From Fimicolochytrium jonesii (taxonomy: Eukaryota), in NCBI RefSeq assembly GCF_025526975.1, contig NW_026515697.1:186001-250000 (forward strand): DNA of 64,000 nt. The letters run 5' to 3'. A program made the position numbers and the translations under genes. Below, one piece after another: positions 29,820-44,789 of this stretch. Position 1 is the stretch's first letter. Each line of letters starts with the position of its first letter. The notes under the pieces are model-generated. The model saw nothing but the letters and a program-made list of their open reading frames with translations. It ran no database searches and was not told where the DNA came from.

Positions 29820-32498
29820 ATGCACCGCTTAACGCCAAGGAGCCCCGGGCCAGTGGGTCCGTCGCCTTGGACCCCCGGCGCTTCCCGCTCAGCCGAAGGA
29901 ACACCGCAGAGATCGTCGACCTCGGCCTCGCCAGGTTGGTCCTCGCCCAGTATCCAATCACGGACAGGTGCTGGACAGTCTCAAGCTCGCTATGCTCGAA
30001 ACTCGCCGAGAGGAGTAGCTATGGCCAATGCCTCGCCTTTCGCAGCAGCTTACCGCGGTGGGGTGGACGACGACCAGAGTTTCGCGAACCTTCCAGCATC
30101 ACCACAGTCTTCGGGGACCCCGCGGAAGCGTCCCGTTACACATTTAGCAGCAGCGACTCCGGTAGGCAAAGGGATTGAGTCGAGGGGAAATTCGGAGGCT
30201 ACACCCGGAACGCCTTTGCGATGGGAGCATCCAGCTTTGGGGGAGGTCGCGCAGAAGCTTTCGAAACAGGGGTTCACTGATCTAGACCGGCGGAGACTTG
30301 TTTGGAACATATGGACGCTGCTTGGATTGCTTTTTGCATACGTGGTGGGGTGGTACGAGGCGCTGAGGAGCGCTTTTCCGAGCTTCATATCTCCATCTAT
30401 CCCGCAATTCGCATTTGCGGGATACTTGTTCGTGACGGTGTTCAACGTGGTGGAATTGTTGGTTCGCTTCTTCAAGCCGACACCCAGCTTTGCGGAGTAC
30501 GCCCTGACGCCGGTGCAGAGGAAGCTGCTGGGCTTGGATCCATCGACGCCCGCCGGCCCCGAAAGCAAGAAATTTAACTCGGTGCGGAAGCCGTCGTTTG
30601 AATCTGGTCGGACATCACTATCTTCAAAGAAGCCCGCCGCGACGACAGATAATGCAGCTTCATCAAAAAGCGCATCGTACCAAACGCCGCAACGAGCCGA
30701 ACCTAGATCTTTTGTCTCGTCTCCTGTTTCACCTCTAGCAAAGTACATGCTGTCCTCCTCCCCAGCGCATATGCACCTGGAAAAAATAAGAGACAAACGC
30801 GCACTGGAGGAGTTGCTGCAAAGAGCAGAAGATCCCGAAGAACATACCGGAGACCACAGCCACGACGACTCCTATTCGAGATACGCCTCCCCTACACGAT
30901 CTCTCGCCGGTCTGCAAAGCGTCACGCCTAAGATACCCAAGTTCCAACCGGCGTCCAAGACATCCACGCCCGCGAAAGTTCAAGAGCGGATTGAGGACGG
31001 CTTGGTGATCAAGGAGCCGCAAAAGACGGAGGAGGAGTGGCGAGTGGACAACTGTATCAGCGAGTGGACAGAAAACATGCGTGCGTGGTTAGCATTACGG
31101 GTTATCAAACCGCTCGCTCGTCGGATCACGCAGTTGGATACACAGTTCGGCAAAGAAGGGCTCGGACATCTCGCGTGCGATGCGGCTACGATGCAGGCAG
31201 GGATGATGGCCGCGAACGTGGCAGCGATGGCGGCCATCACGGCATCAACGACGCAGCAGGCCCCACCCGCCTTTGGAGGGTCGAGTGGGATGTTTGGAGC
31301 AACGCAGTCTACCGGTGGGATGTTTGGACAATCGACGCAACAGAGTAATGCCGTGCCGCAGACGCTGTACGAGTTGAGTCAGAAGTACAAGACTGTGAGT
31401 TTCATGAGGATCGGATTGCCAAACGTCGTCGAAAGAGGTATTACTCAAAACCGTGTGTTCCCAGGCACCATTAGTTCAAGAACGTTTAAAGCTGGAGAAC
31501 CACCTTACGATATCTGACTTCAACTGCCGAAGTTACGTGGTAGCTCGAATCAAAAGTAAGTCGCGGCACGTCAAAGCAGCGTGCAGCTGACTCTTTGTAT
31601 TGATGTACCTCTCCTCAACAGCCCTCGCCCAAGGCAATAACCTCGCCAACTTCGAGTGGAACGGCGGATCGAAATGGGAAGGCAAGCGATGGTCGCACGA
31701 CTGGCTCCCGACCGATTCACAGGTACTGCCAGCGCTCCGCCACTATCCAGCGCATCATCTAACGACGCGCACCACAGCTCGTTCTACATCTATTCTGCCG
31801 ATACTTAGACGAGAAGATGCCGGGAGAGAACTTTGCGACTTACGGCAACTTTACGTTCAGTTCAAAGTACTTTATTCCGACCGGTGCTAAGCCGAGTAAG
31901 TCTCAACACCAACGCATAACACTTAAGTGCTTTGCGTGATTTCTTATACGCTCCTGGGTTTCCTTAGCACCAGGACACGGGATACAAATCCGCCATTATA
32001 CCAAGTGGCCACCACATTACCAGACTGTTGCGGAAGGCATTGTTTATGATGTTTACTCGGTAAGGTGGCGGGGCTTACGCAAGACATTTAATTGCTTTTA
32101 CGCACCTTTACTAATATCAATTGGTGGCAGGGGCGGAACAATGTGTTCCACAATCTGTGTCTCTTTGCATTTTACATCAAGGTCAAAGCTGCTGGTTACG
32201 TCGGGTATGTTCCCCAGTTCTCCATTCCCTTCCTCCAAAACATCTCATCCTGACCTCCCTCTCTTTCTCCCCCAATCACAGAAACCTCCATGTCGGCGGC
32301 AAATCCATCGAGCTGACAAACTCCGTCCGCGGCGGACCCGTCGCGGGCGGGCTGGAGGAGTTCAAAAAGACGTTCTTGGTATCGAACAACGCTGTTGCGG
32401 CGGATAGCGATGCCCGGGTGGGGAACACGTCATTGTTCGGGAGGCTGGGGAGCTCGATTGGGTTAGGAAGGAGTGGGTTTGGGGGTCTTGATCGGTAG
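29820..32498 (+). CDS. TMEM209/Pom34-like nuclear envelope protein
   Basis: WEHPAL..RRLVWN, two TM helices, LTPVQRKLLGL, WTENMRAWL, FEWNGG...LPTDSQ, PPHY, GRNNVF. Confidence 0.8.
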
Positions 32499-32865
32499 TC
32501 AGGAGAGATGGGCGTGGGGATGTTGACGGCGGTGCAGGCGCGTCTAGAGAGCGAGGTGATAAACTGAGCGACTATTCGAATCATGAACTTCGGGACCAGA
32601 GCGCCTATTTGGAATACTGTACAGATGGTTCAGTTGGGCGGGTCCTCTGCCCTAAGGGAATGTCGCCCCGGGCTGTATGCATAGATGAAGATGAAAATAA
32701 TTGCAAAAATGGCGGGGTTATGTTTATGCGAAAGTTGAAATATGTACAGATGAAACCCAAGGCTACTCATCGAGTAGACAGAAAGCTAAACATAGACAAC
32801 GGAACAGCACAAGTAGAGTAGCCCGCCAGCTATATACATTCCGCCTACCCTACTCTACTCGTATC

Positions 32866-34871
32866 CTACGCCGCACCCCGTTCACGCCGTCCGTTCCCCA
32901 TCCACCCTCTCAACCTCCAACTCCCGCCACCTCTGCACCCCGCAAACAGTATCAACGCCAGGCCATTTACCATCGCCAGCGACGCAAACAGCACCAACAA
33001 CCGCCCGCCGGTCTTATCATAGAACCAACCCCCGAGCAGCGCGCCGGTCGCTGGGCCGAGGCCGGCGTAGACGCCCGTGAGGATACCTTGCGCGGTTGCA
33101 CGGGAGTGGGCGGGGGCATTGTCGTCGGCGAAGCGGACGGCTGTGCGGGTTGCCAGAAGGAAGTGAGTGCTGGAGGCCTGACTTTCATCGGTTGCAGGGA
33201 GTCGTAACAGAGAGAGCGAACAATGGCATTTACCTCCGGTCCACATGATCCCGAAAAACACGCCGTGGAGCCACTCGCTTGGCAACGCGTACCATACGCT
33301 GCCGCCCCACGAGACGAGGAAGTAGCCGCACAGTCTCACAATGAGTATCAGTTGTGCGAGGGAGAGCATGTTGTTTACGCCCACGGTGTGCAAGATCTAG
33401 TTGGGAAACGAGCCATGGTGTTGAGTATGGGTGGATTTTGGGAGCGAGTGCAACACGGTGGGATACACGCACCTGTTTCGAGAAATAGAACATGGGCACC
33501 TCCATACCGACCTGCACGGGTTTCGCGAACCCGAGGAAGATTGTTGTTGCGCCCATCTTTTCAGATAGGTAGAGGTAAAGGAAGGCGTCTACGACCGACT
33601 GAACGCATAAATGGTGCTTAGTGCCCCACGTCACATATTTCGTTGATATCGCAAACCGCTTATCCTACCACCGTTAAACCCATCAGATAGACTGATGCGA
33701 AGAATGATACGTTTGCGGGATCGCGAAATAAGTCCAAGATTGATGCGGGTGGAGCGGAGTGGATCGAGTCGCTGTCGCTAGTGGCGGCCTCTTCGTCGTT
33801 CGGTAGCGATGTGTATGATGGCCCGCTGTTGTGTCGCGGGCGGGTTTGCTTGCCCGCTGCTGATAGTGCCGGCGACGGAGGATAGGCGGCGCTGTGAAAT
33901 CGCTGCTGCTCGTCTTCACGTCCGATGTCGAGCCGTGATTGTGATAGCGGCTGCCACCCAGCAAAGAGGTCATCCTCGTCGTCGCGGAAGAAATCATTGT
34001 CGGCCTCAGCTGCTATTGTCAGATCCGTCACATCACCGAAGAGTGCTTCCGAACCGCCACCGGCACTGTCGTCCTCAAGTGTCGTCGTAGCATCAGCACC
34101 TGGAGCATGTCCATCGCTCACAACGATGGTAGAAACAGGCGAAAACTCCACCGTCTCCACCTCACCATCATCATCGTCCTCCAAAACCTCACTTTTCGAC
34201 GCACTCTCAATCGGCAATCTCCCCAATACCATCACAAAAATCGCCAACAACGTTACATGACACCACACAATCACCTCCAGATCGCCCGTCCAGTCCACCA
34301 GCATGCCCACACACGCCGTGACCACCCCACACGCCACCGAGCCCCATAGCCGTTGTCGGCCGTACTCATCCTTCCGCGCGTGGCCCAGCATGGTCATTAC
34401 CAAGCTGTCTAATATTGGAAACCCAGGGTCGCGCAGAAAGGACACGACAATCGTTCCTAGTACCAGAAAGGGGTAGGCTGGTCGGAACGTCACGCATGCA
34501 GTCAACAACAGTGCCAGCGAGAGAGTGATGCGCAAATATCGTTTGTGGTGGTTCCACTTATCCGCGGCGGCGGTGGCGAGTGGGTTGCCGATGAGGGCGA
34601 CAATGGGCGTGGTGGCGAAAATCAGACCCATTTGTGTTTTGGTGAGGTGGTGGACTTGGGTGAGATAGAGGGAGAGGAGGGAGAGGCTGCAGGCGGCGGC
34701 TATGAGCAGGCTGTAGAGGAGTTTCGGGATGAAGAGGGAGCCTGGTGCGTCGGGGATTTGGAGGGGTCGGTAGCGGGGACTCGTCGCTGGGAAGACTTCC
34801 ATCTCGGTAGGTGTCTGGGTGCCGTGACTGGAGCGGGATCTGGAGCGGGATGATGTTGCGAACATAAACAT
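32866..34871 (-). CDS. MFS transporter, MFSD6-like (spliced)
   Basis: Multiple TM helices, ADKWNHHK, YGRQRLWGS, EVPMFYFS, EWLHG, RATAQGILTGVYAGLG. Confidence 0.85.
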
Positions 34872-35648
34872 TGTAGTCTTCAGGACGCGGGTGGGAAGGC
34901 GGACGAGCACATCGAGTGACGTGGGCGTGTTTTCAACAACGTGCTGTCACTCGCCATCCATCACCGACCTGCGACATATATACAGAGTCGTTGGCATGAA
35001 CGCAAGCTCATAATGCGCCTGATGTATAGATATATATCCCAGCTCTGTTCAATTCTATGCACATGCTATCCATTCACTATATATGAAAGGGGAACGTTGA
35101 GAAGCAGAAGCCAAAAACGGGTAGGTCGAGCACGAGCGACAGCGACGGACGGAACAGCAGCGTCTCACGTGCGTTCACCGCAGGGTTTATATTCTTTTAA
35201 TGACGATAATGAATTCTGAGCTCAAATCGTTTAGCACATGCCTTCATGTCTTAGGATTGGGGGGCCACGAGCAAGGCCAAATGATTAGCGCGCGAGTTAG
35301 ACGGCGGCCATGAAGAACACCAGGTTGATTAGGACACAAGGCGACGCGCAACGGCAGCCACCGACATCATGTCATGGCCATCCACCTCAAGATTGCGGCC
35401 CTTGTTTGGCGTAAATCTCGTTGCCCCCCCGCTGAGCGCTTTTCCCACCAACGCTCACACCCGCAAACAGCAGTCCCAGTCTTCCGCTTGACCCAGCCAG
35501 TGTCCACTCTACCCGCTAAGAAGCAGACCCCACTCAGTCTCCACCACCAGATACACCAATCCACATCCCAAACGGTCCTCTGTCGCGACATTTCCGAAAG
35601 GGTCCCGCCGCGTCATCTTTCCGCCGTCTACTCCCCACTTAACGCGCA

Positions 35649-37137
<1,489 letters not shown>

Positions 37138-37896
37138 ATGGGATGGGAAAGACTCTTCCGATTGCCGACACAGACCGAAATGAAAAATATAGAGATGTTC
37201 CGATGTTCCCTACCTATTCATTGAAGAACGCAGACAGGTCACGAAAATCGATACAGCGCGATGGGAAAGAAATATGGCCAAGCGCCGCGTGCCCTTGTTG
37301 TTGTACGGACCGATTGAGCGCACCACTTCCACCACCCGTTAGCCCCATCATGCTTTGTGTGAACACCCTCCCTCTTCCACCTTCGCCACGCACCCCTCCT
37401 TCCCTCCCTATCCTCTATCCTCCTTCCCTATCAAACCCTCGTGTGCAAACCCTTGTGTACGTTTTCTTTTGTTGTGTGGTTTCTTTTTGTTTTGTTTCGC
37501 GATTATAAAATGGGACAAAGTTCCAACACCACCCTGTGTTCCTCTTTCTCGTCGTGGCCCAGGTTTTTTCGGAGCGGGACCAACCTTGCACTCCGAACAC
37601 ACCACACGGAAGACGCCCAAAACCCCGCTGCCTGACATACCCTTGACGGAAACCCATATGTTATAAATACGTTGCTATACAAAATTGTGTGTGTGTGTGT
37701 GTGATGCCGGGGGTATGTCATGTATGGTATGGCACGGTCTGCGACTGGAATGTGCTATGGCTTATGCAAGGAAAGTGTCTATGGCGTATGTATGTATGCG
37801 TATGTGAAGGGGCCCGATTCATGTGGCCCGATGAGTGTCTGTTGATGGGGTTGCGGGCGGGATAAATGCCGTCCGAAAGCGTAGGAATCCGTGTGC

Positions 37897-39880
37897 TCAT
37901 GCCGGATGATTATTGCTTCGCTCGAATATTTTCTTTCCGACCTCGTAGCCTGTTTTTTTTTGAAAGATGATCGTCAGTGACCCTACTTGTATGTTTGGCC
38001 CGGCCCCGCTATCGGAAACCCAAACTTCCATGAAAAAATACTCACTGGAAATCATGACGGCACAAGCCGGCGCCACCTTCGCGATCCTCGGACTCACCCC
38101 CCTGAAAAGCCCCCTCCACCCCTCCCGTCGCACGATACCCCTCATCACCTCCATCGTCGACGGGACACTTATCGGGTGATGCTTCGTCGACGGGGGATGT
38201 TGCGCGGCCTGCTGGAGCGTCTTGGCCACGTCGAAGGGGGTGGTTATCAACGCGGCGAGGGTGCCGCTGGTGGCGCCGGCGAGGAAGGCGTTGCGGAACT
38301 CGAGGTAGGTGTTCACTGGAGCGTGTGTTGGTGTAGTGGGTGATTGTGGAGCGGTGGTGAAAGGTGGATTCCCACTCCAGGGCCCCCCTGTTTCTGATAT
38401 ACCCGACGGAGAGGACCCACCGTCCAACCCATCCAGCCACTTCTTGCCCCCCTCATACCCAATCCAATACACCGCCGAAAACGGCACATCCCGCCACAAC
38501 GTCGGTGTCAGCCCGCGCCATAATGCGATCCACCCGGCATCACGGACCATGGCGCGGATGTTGGTGAGAGCGGAGGAGAGGGTGCGCAGGGACGAGGTGG
38601 ATTGCATGCGGGTGCGGAGGAGCTCGATGGGGGAGATGGCGGTTGCGGCGAGTGTGCGGGCGGTGGCGCCGGCTAATAGGGGGGCCCATTGGTCTTGGTT
38701 TTGGGATTTTAGGTGGGCGGAGATTAGGTCGCGGATGTGCTCGTAGCCGGTGTAGTAGATTACTGTGGAGGGGATGGACATGATTCTGGACGAACGTAAA
38801 TGGAATCAGTACTCCGGCATTCCTGATCGTTCTCCATATCCCATCCTGCGCGAGGAAGTGAAGCCGGACGACGTATCACTCACAATGTCGGTGACAGACC
38901 CCGCCAGAGGGACGATAAGCCTTCGTATCGGACAATCTTAATCACGCCGTCCTGTAGGCGAAAATGGTTTGATACGTTAGCATTCCCGAAAGACATGCCC
39001 CACACAGAAGTAGATCAAAGATAGGTGCAAGCGGCGAAACTCCCTTCCTCCGCAGAACAGTGAGACACGGCTCGTTTTGCGGGCGCCTCAGCATCCCTCA
39101 TCGTCACCGGCGCCGACCATCGCTCGCAAAGCTTGTAAAGCACATTCGCAGACCTTTCGATGCCATTTTCGCGCCAATGGTGCAATCCCCGCTCGTCCCT
39201 AATCCCTCATCCTCAGCCTCACATTCCACATGGAAACAACCACGCCCTCAACCTACCCAAGTCCCATTAATCCTCGTCGCACTCCCTATTCCACTGGCAC
39301 CGCCGATCCCTGCCACACCACCAGCACCCCCCACCCTCGCCCACCCCACCCCCTTCGCATGCCCTCCCTCCCCTGTTCGATGATGTATACTCGTATTCAC
39401 TGATGCTGTTGACGCTGGTGGTGTTGATGGCGGTGGTGGGTGGTCCATGACACCGGTCTGCATGCGCGTTTTCACGACATCGAATGGCGTCACTGTGAAC
39501 ACACAACATCGTAAGCTCATATTCGAAGGTGAGTACTATGCGCATTGCGATAGACACGGAAACCCATGAAACAACGGACGCCATACCTAACAAGGAGGTC
39601 AAGATAGCACCCGAGCTCGCCGATATCATCTTCTGGTACGCGGTCGAGCCTGCCCATGGGTATTTTGGCGGTGCGGTTGCATCTTCCATTGAGAGCTGTG
39701 TTAAATCAACCATATCGATAAGCAGCCAAGCCATGGAGTGGGTCGAGATAGCATTCCGGCCAAAACTCCGCGCAGAGCGCGAAATGCTCCCTCTGTGAAC
39801 TGTGTGTATTTTCATACCTGCGGAGGATCGAGAGTAGGCAGCGCGCTCAAGGCCTCCAGCTCGCCTTCGGCTAGGGCCAT
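37897..39880 (-). CDS. MTM1: Mitochondrial carrier, MTM1/SLC25A39-40 type
   Basis: Three Px[DE]xx[KR] motifs (PFDVVKTR, PIELLRTR, PFDVAKT), IPSTVIYYTGYE, WRDVPFSAVYW, KVAPACAVMISSYE, and a Cys-containing first loop. Start exon uncertain. Confidence 0.85.
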
Positions 39881-40469
39881 CTGGAGTCGGATATGTGCTG
39901 TGGCTGAATGTCTACGGGTTTGGTTGCGAGGAGAGTCGGAAGTGTGCGAACAACGGGAACCGAGTAGAATGCGTCGCAGAGACGAGGGATTTCGAGTAGG
40001 GTTTTCGTTATGCAAGCCCGGAGGAAGACGGCCGGGTGGTGGCAGTGAGTGCGTGAGATGGAAGGGAGTGGTTGTCGTCTGTCGTTGTTTGGTTTGGAGA
40101 GGGCAGGTTGGGGTTGGAAAAAAAGGGCCAGCTCGAAAGACTGCGAGGAAGTTCCGCAATATCGACTGCGCGCCGCGTCATTCATCAGTGTATCGCGTTC
40201 CCGATTCCGACCCTCGCCCACCCGTCGCATCTGTGCGATGTGCATCGAGGCATCTCTGGTTGTGCGCAACCTCGCAAAAAGTTAAAGCTATCAAGGTACT
40301 TCCAGCGAACGGCAGCAGTAATGCACGACAGCAGTATTTTTTCTATGCGTGCATAGTGACAGTGAAAACGATGTACAAAACTGCAGTTGCAAATGCGATG
40401 ACTAGATCTAGATCTAGATCTATATGTAATGGAATGCATGAATAGACAAAGAAAGAAAGGGAATCCGAA

Positions 40470-42035
40470 TCAAGTAAGTACAGCCCACTGCTGCAAAACC
40501 GAGGTAACCGAGGTATTCGACGCCCGCGCCGCCGCAAACAACCACCTGCTATCCGCCGACAGAGCAAACGGCCAACCGGCGTCCGGATAACCTCCAACAA
40601 GTTCACCCGTTCCAGCATTCCATTGCAGCACGATAGGCGTCTCCGCTCCGGTGGTCGTAGCGCACTGGAACACCCACTTCCCATCCGGCGACAGGGACAA
40701 GGGGTGATGCGTGACGAACTTGAACCCGGCGCCGGCCGTCGCAAACACCTTCATCCTCGCCCCAGCCGTGTCGAACGGGGAAGAGTAGATCGTGGTATCT
40801 GAGAATAGTAGGAAAACACGCCGCGAGTCGAATGCTATGGACACCCACTCTGCCGTTGCGTTGCCGCCGGGTATATCCGGAGGCGGCAGAGACTCTGGTG
40901 TGAACGTGAGCTTCAACGGCGTCCCGACTCTCCCGAGTCTCCACACAGCCGCCTCGATGGTGACGTTGAACCGCGTGCCCAGGCCAACCCATAACCCGCT
41001 TCCCTGCGATGAGAATCGGAAATGCGAGCCGCGTCCAGGGCCAAGCGCGATGGAGCCGCTGGTGTCGCTACTGTTTCCTTGCGTCGCGCCAACGGGTGCT
41101 TCATACATTGTGTCGAATATACCCTCTCCGGTGTTGGACCTGTAGTACATGACGGACGAGTAGATGCCGTACGAGTACACGTTGCCCCTTACTGGAGACA
41201 ACATTGTTGCGTTGTCTGAGCCAGTGAGTGGCAGATTCACACGAGAGACCGTATAGTCGGCGTTGATGTAGAGGGTCCGACCCGCAGAGTCGACCGGATC
41301 CATCGCCAGCCCAAACACTTGAGTCACGTTGGGGATTCGTAACAGCTGGGTCTCGCCCGTGTCGACAGACCACGACCTGACCGTGAGGTCCCTGCCACCA
41401 GCAGTGTAGACTTCTTTGTTGTTTGGCGATACCGCGATGGATGTGATGGAGTTCGAATGTGCGTCTAGGTTTCGATGTACCACCCCGTAGCGGAGCGGAG
41501 TGGTCGATTCATCAGGGGTGTTGTTTCGCAGTTTTAGGCCTACTGTGATGAAGGATATGGCGAGGATGACAGCTACTATTGCCACGGCGGCCAAGATTCG
41601 CCCTTTGGTTGACCTTAGAAGTCTCGTGAACGTGTTCTGTTTGCCACGAAAGTCCAAGCTGTCGTGGGAAGACATAGAAGAACCGAACTGCGCAACAAGA
41701 ACCCTCCCAGGAAGAGCCTCACTTCGGGATGTCTGGCCGAATGACAGCTCCGATGCCCGCTCCCCCACTGACGACCCATATTCCACGGAATGCTGCCGAC
41801 ACGCTAAAGGAATCGACGTCGCAGAGCCATGCCATGCAGCACCATGGTCGTGGCGGGAGGGTCCATTGTCCGCACGAGCGGCAGCTAGCCTAGGGTAGAG
41901 TGCGGACTCATCATATGGAGGTGGTGCCGCTGTGAGGCCGGCCTCGAGGTGGTGGAAACTGGACTGGCGGGGTGGGGGTATTCGAAACTTTTCTGGATGC
42001 CGGGTTACGGAGGTGGCGGGAGGGGAGGAGACCAT
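40470..42035 (-). CDS. Single-pass membrane protein with a WD40-like beta-propeller (521 aa)
   Basis: Intronless ORF with a PPPY motif, TM segment ILAAVAIVAVILAISFITVGL, and a WD repeat AHSNSITSIAVSP...DLTVRSWS. Confidence 0.75.
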   Translation of the reverse strand: MVSSPPATSVTRHPEKFRIPPPRQSSFHHLEAGLTAAPPPYDESALYPRLAAARADNGPSRHDHGAAWHGSATSIPLACRQHSVEYGSSVGERASELSFGQTSRSEALPGRVLVAQFGSSMSSHDSLDFRGKQNTFTRLLRSTKGRILAAVAIVAVILAISFITVGLKLRNNTPDESTTPLRYGVVHRNLDAHSNSITSIAVSPNNKEVYTAGGRDLTVRSWSVDTGETQLLRIPNVTQVFGLAMDPVDSAGRTLYINADYTVSRVNLPLTGSDNATMLSPVRGNVYSYGIYSSVMYYRSNTGEGIFDTMYEAPVGATQGNSSDTSGSIALGPGRGSHFRFSSQGSGLWVGLGTRFNVTIEAAVWRLGRVGTPLKLTFTPESLPPPDIPGGNATAEWVSIAFDSRRVFLLFSDTTIYSSPFDTAGARMKVFATAGAGFKFVTHHPLSLSPDGKWVFQCATTTGAETPIVLQWNAGTGELVGGYPDAGWPFALSADSRWLFAAARASNTSVTSVLQQWAVLT

Positions 42036-43395
42036 GACGGTCTACGGGCATCCCAATCTTGACCGACATGGGGACCTACCCACCTGTACCTCCCGATATA
42101 TACAGTATGGACGTCTCCGTTGGGCGTTCATGCTGTAGAGAAGACGCCTCTGCCGCACGGACGGCGTCTATCTATCCGCAGTGCACACCGTAACGGACAC
42201 TATTGTGAAGTAAATTTCCTGCTATGAGGTGTGCGTCCCCACCATCGTGCGGTTTCTGCACGACGCGTACAACACCCGCCTCCAACCCCCTCCGGTACTT
42301 CCCATGAATCCCATCGCATTTGGACTCACTTGAACAGACAGCGTCAATTGGAGAGAGGAGAGACTACATCAGATTCATCACCGCATGGATGGCTACGTCC
42401 GACGGACAAGAACATGCTGCGAGCCTGCCACAGCCCCAATTCCCTTCTCCGGTACCTTAAGCTCCAGATTCAAAACTGGACAAGTGAAATACGGCCAGAT
42501 CAGCGCGGGGGGTGGCGCTCGGATTGGGTCACCGTTAGCGGACTATCGACGACTCGATTCACTCGAAGGCGATGTCCTTCCTTGTACAATATATACATGG
42601 AGCGATGACAGGCAGTTCCCGTCTGCCGATTCATCGAGTGCATCAAAACCAACAACGGTGACTCGGGCGTCGCATCAAAAGCGACCACGGCGTCTTGGCT
42701 TGATCCTTGAGTCTCCGTGTTCGGCCCCGGCACGTGCGAATAGGCCAAACGATATGGGACGGAAGGTTGACGGCAAAACCACCGGTAAATGCTTGCTCTA
42801 CGGAGCGGGTGACCCACCGCTTTTAACGCGTGACGGAAGCTTGTTTGTAAGGTGACTCATGGTGTCATGTCCGCCTCTTTTCGACGGACAAGACATGCAG
42901 CAGCGTCACCATCTTTGATTGGGTGAGGCCCTATGGATAGCTGAATTTCCGCCAAGGATAGACGGTTATTGACAGTATGGGCGGTCATTTGCAAGGGAGG
43001 TGGAAAGAGGTGGAAGGCCCCGTGGAGGATGGGGAAAACACGTTGGCAGGGGTCTCGTAATGGTGATAAGCGCGTATTCTGAGATGCCGGGCACAGAGAT
43101 CACGCAGCACAGCAAGACAGATAACGCGCAACGCCAATATCCGCCGCCCATAAAAAGAGAGGAACGTGGACAAGCAGCCCCTCATCCTCCCACCACGGAC
43201 ACCCACACTAACACAACCAAAAACGGTACAAATACTCCACGCTCGGGAGAGCAAGGAAGATTCTCGTCGCAACGCCTATCACTGTCAGGGCTGTTTAACC
43301 TACCGCGTTCAATTGAACACCTCCGCAGCCGACTTCAATCTCCGGAAGTTATCTGACAAATTCAACCGGCAACCCTCGAGAGCAGAACGACCAGC

Positions 43396-44789
43396 ATGGC
43401 TATCGCCGAGAACACTTCAACCGAGCCCCCGAGCTCGCCGTCTCCTGCCTCAACCCCTACACCACCCACAGGCACCATTCTCGGCGCTCCGGCCATTGCC
43501 GTTGCTACCCCGCTAACTCCACCGCGAGCCATACGGGCTCCCTTGGACATTGAGACGCACCCAGCAACCCCGCCAGAGACGGTCGCCCACGGCCTGACCG
43601 AACACGTAGAGGACGCCTTTGCCGCGCTTGCCCTCGCAGCCGCTGCCTCTGCCTCCGAGTCAAAACGCAGGTCGTCCACAAAACCCACCTCTGCTGCGCG
43701 CCGTGTTCGAACCAGCAGCGAGACGACCGACCACGACCTCCATGCCTCAGTCACATCCTATGTCGGCGCCTGCCACGCTCGCGAGCAACTCCGCCACCAC
43801 CTCTTGAAAGAGCGCCAAAAAGCGGAGCTGCAGCACCATCAGCAATTCCAATCCTACCGCCGCTGGTACCTCCAACGCGACTCGCTCGCCCGGCGCCTGA
43901 AAGTCGGTAAGGAAGGCTCCCGTCGGCGGCGACGCTTCGATAATGATCATTTCACCGACCACCCGATCGTCTCGCAGCATAAACATGATGCGGATTTCAT
44001 GACCAGGGGCGATTTGCTACCCGGGTTGGATATGCCGCGGCCGCCTGGTGTTTTTGCACGGTTACCAAGGAAGGTGTTGGCGGATCTACCGACCGAGGGG
44101 TCCTGGAATGCCGGGAAGGAGGAGAATGTCTCTAAGGAGGCGGCGGTGGGCGAGGCCAACCTCACGCGACTGGATCGCCGGTTAAGGAGCCAGATTCGCC
44201 GTAGTGCGTCGGCGAGGGAGGTTGTGCGGATGTTTGAGGAAAGGATTCTCGAGAAGTTCGTGCCGCTGGATGGGTCGCCGTTGGCCAAGTCTGCTGACGA
44301 GAACTCGTCGTCTTCCTCGTCCGATGAGGATTCGCTTGACATTGAGGCGGAGTATGAGATCATCATCCGGGAGGTGGACCTTCCGCCTTCCAAACAGGCC
44401 GCGCCGGTGGATTCCCGACCTCCTGTGGAGGAAACACCTGTCACTGTCCAACCCGCCCCCGAACCGCAATCTTCACCACAAGCCACCCTCTGCCTGGAGA
44501 TCACAAACACCTTCTTGCGACTCATCGTCCACGCCATGTGTCGCTACTACCGTCTCGTCTCGCGAAGTAAGGATACCCTCCCACACCACCTTCCACTCAA
44601 CTTCCCTAATTAAACCTCTTACTCTCATCAGGCATAGACCACACCTCGGGCACCCGCCTAACCATCATCGAGCACCCCCTTTCTGTCATGTCACCCTTGG
44701 TGTCCTCGTCGACGACGCTGAAAGATGTGGCGACGCATATCCAGTTCCCGATGCCGTGTCGCTCGTTCTTTGATTACGTGTTTGCGTAG
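43396..44789 (+). CDS. R3H-associated N-terminal domain plus R3H domain protein (R3HDM4-like)
   Basis: GKEGSRRRRRFDND and FLRLIVHAMCRYY (RxxxH); a 3' intron near 44567-44631 leads to the stop at 44789. Confidence 0.8.

Noticed and set aside
40401..40422. (CTAGAT)n palindromic run
   Set aside because: Simple microsatellite in an intergenic or 3' region with no associated structure.
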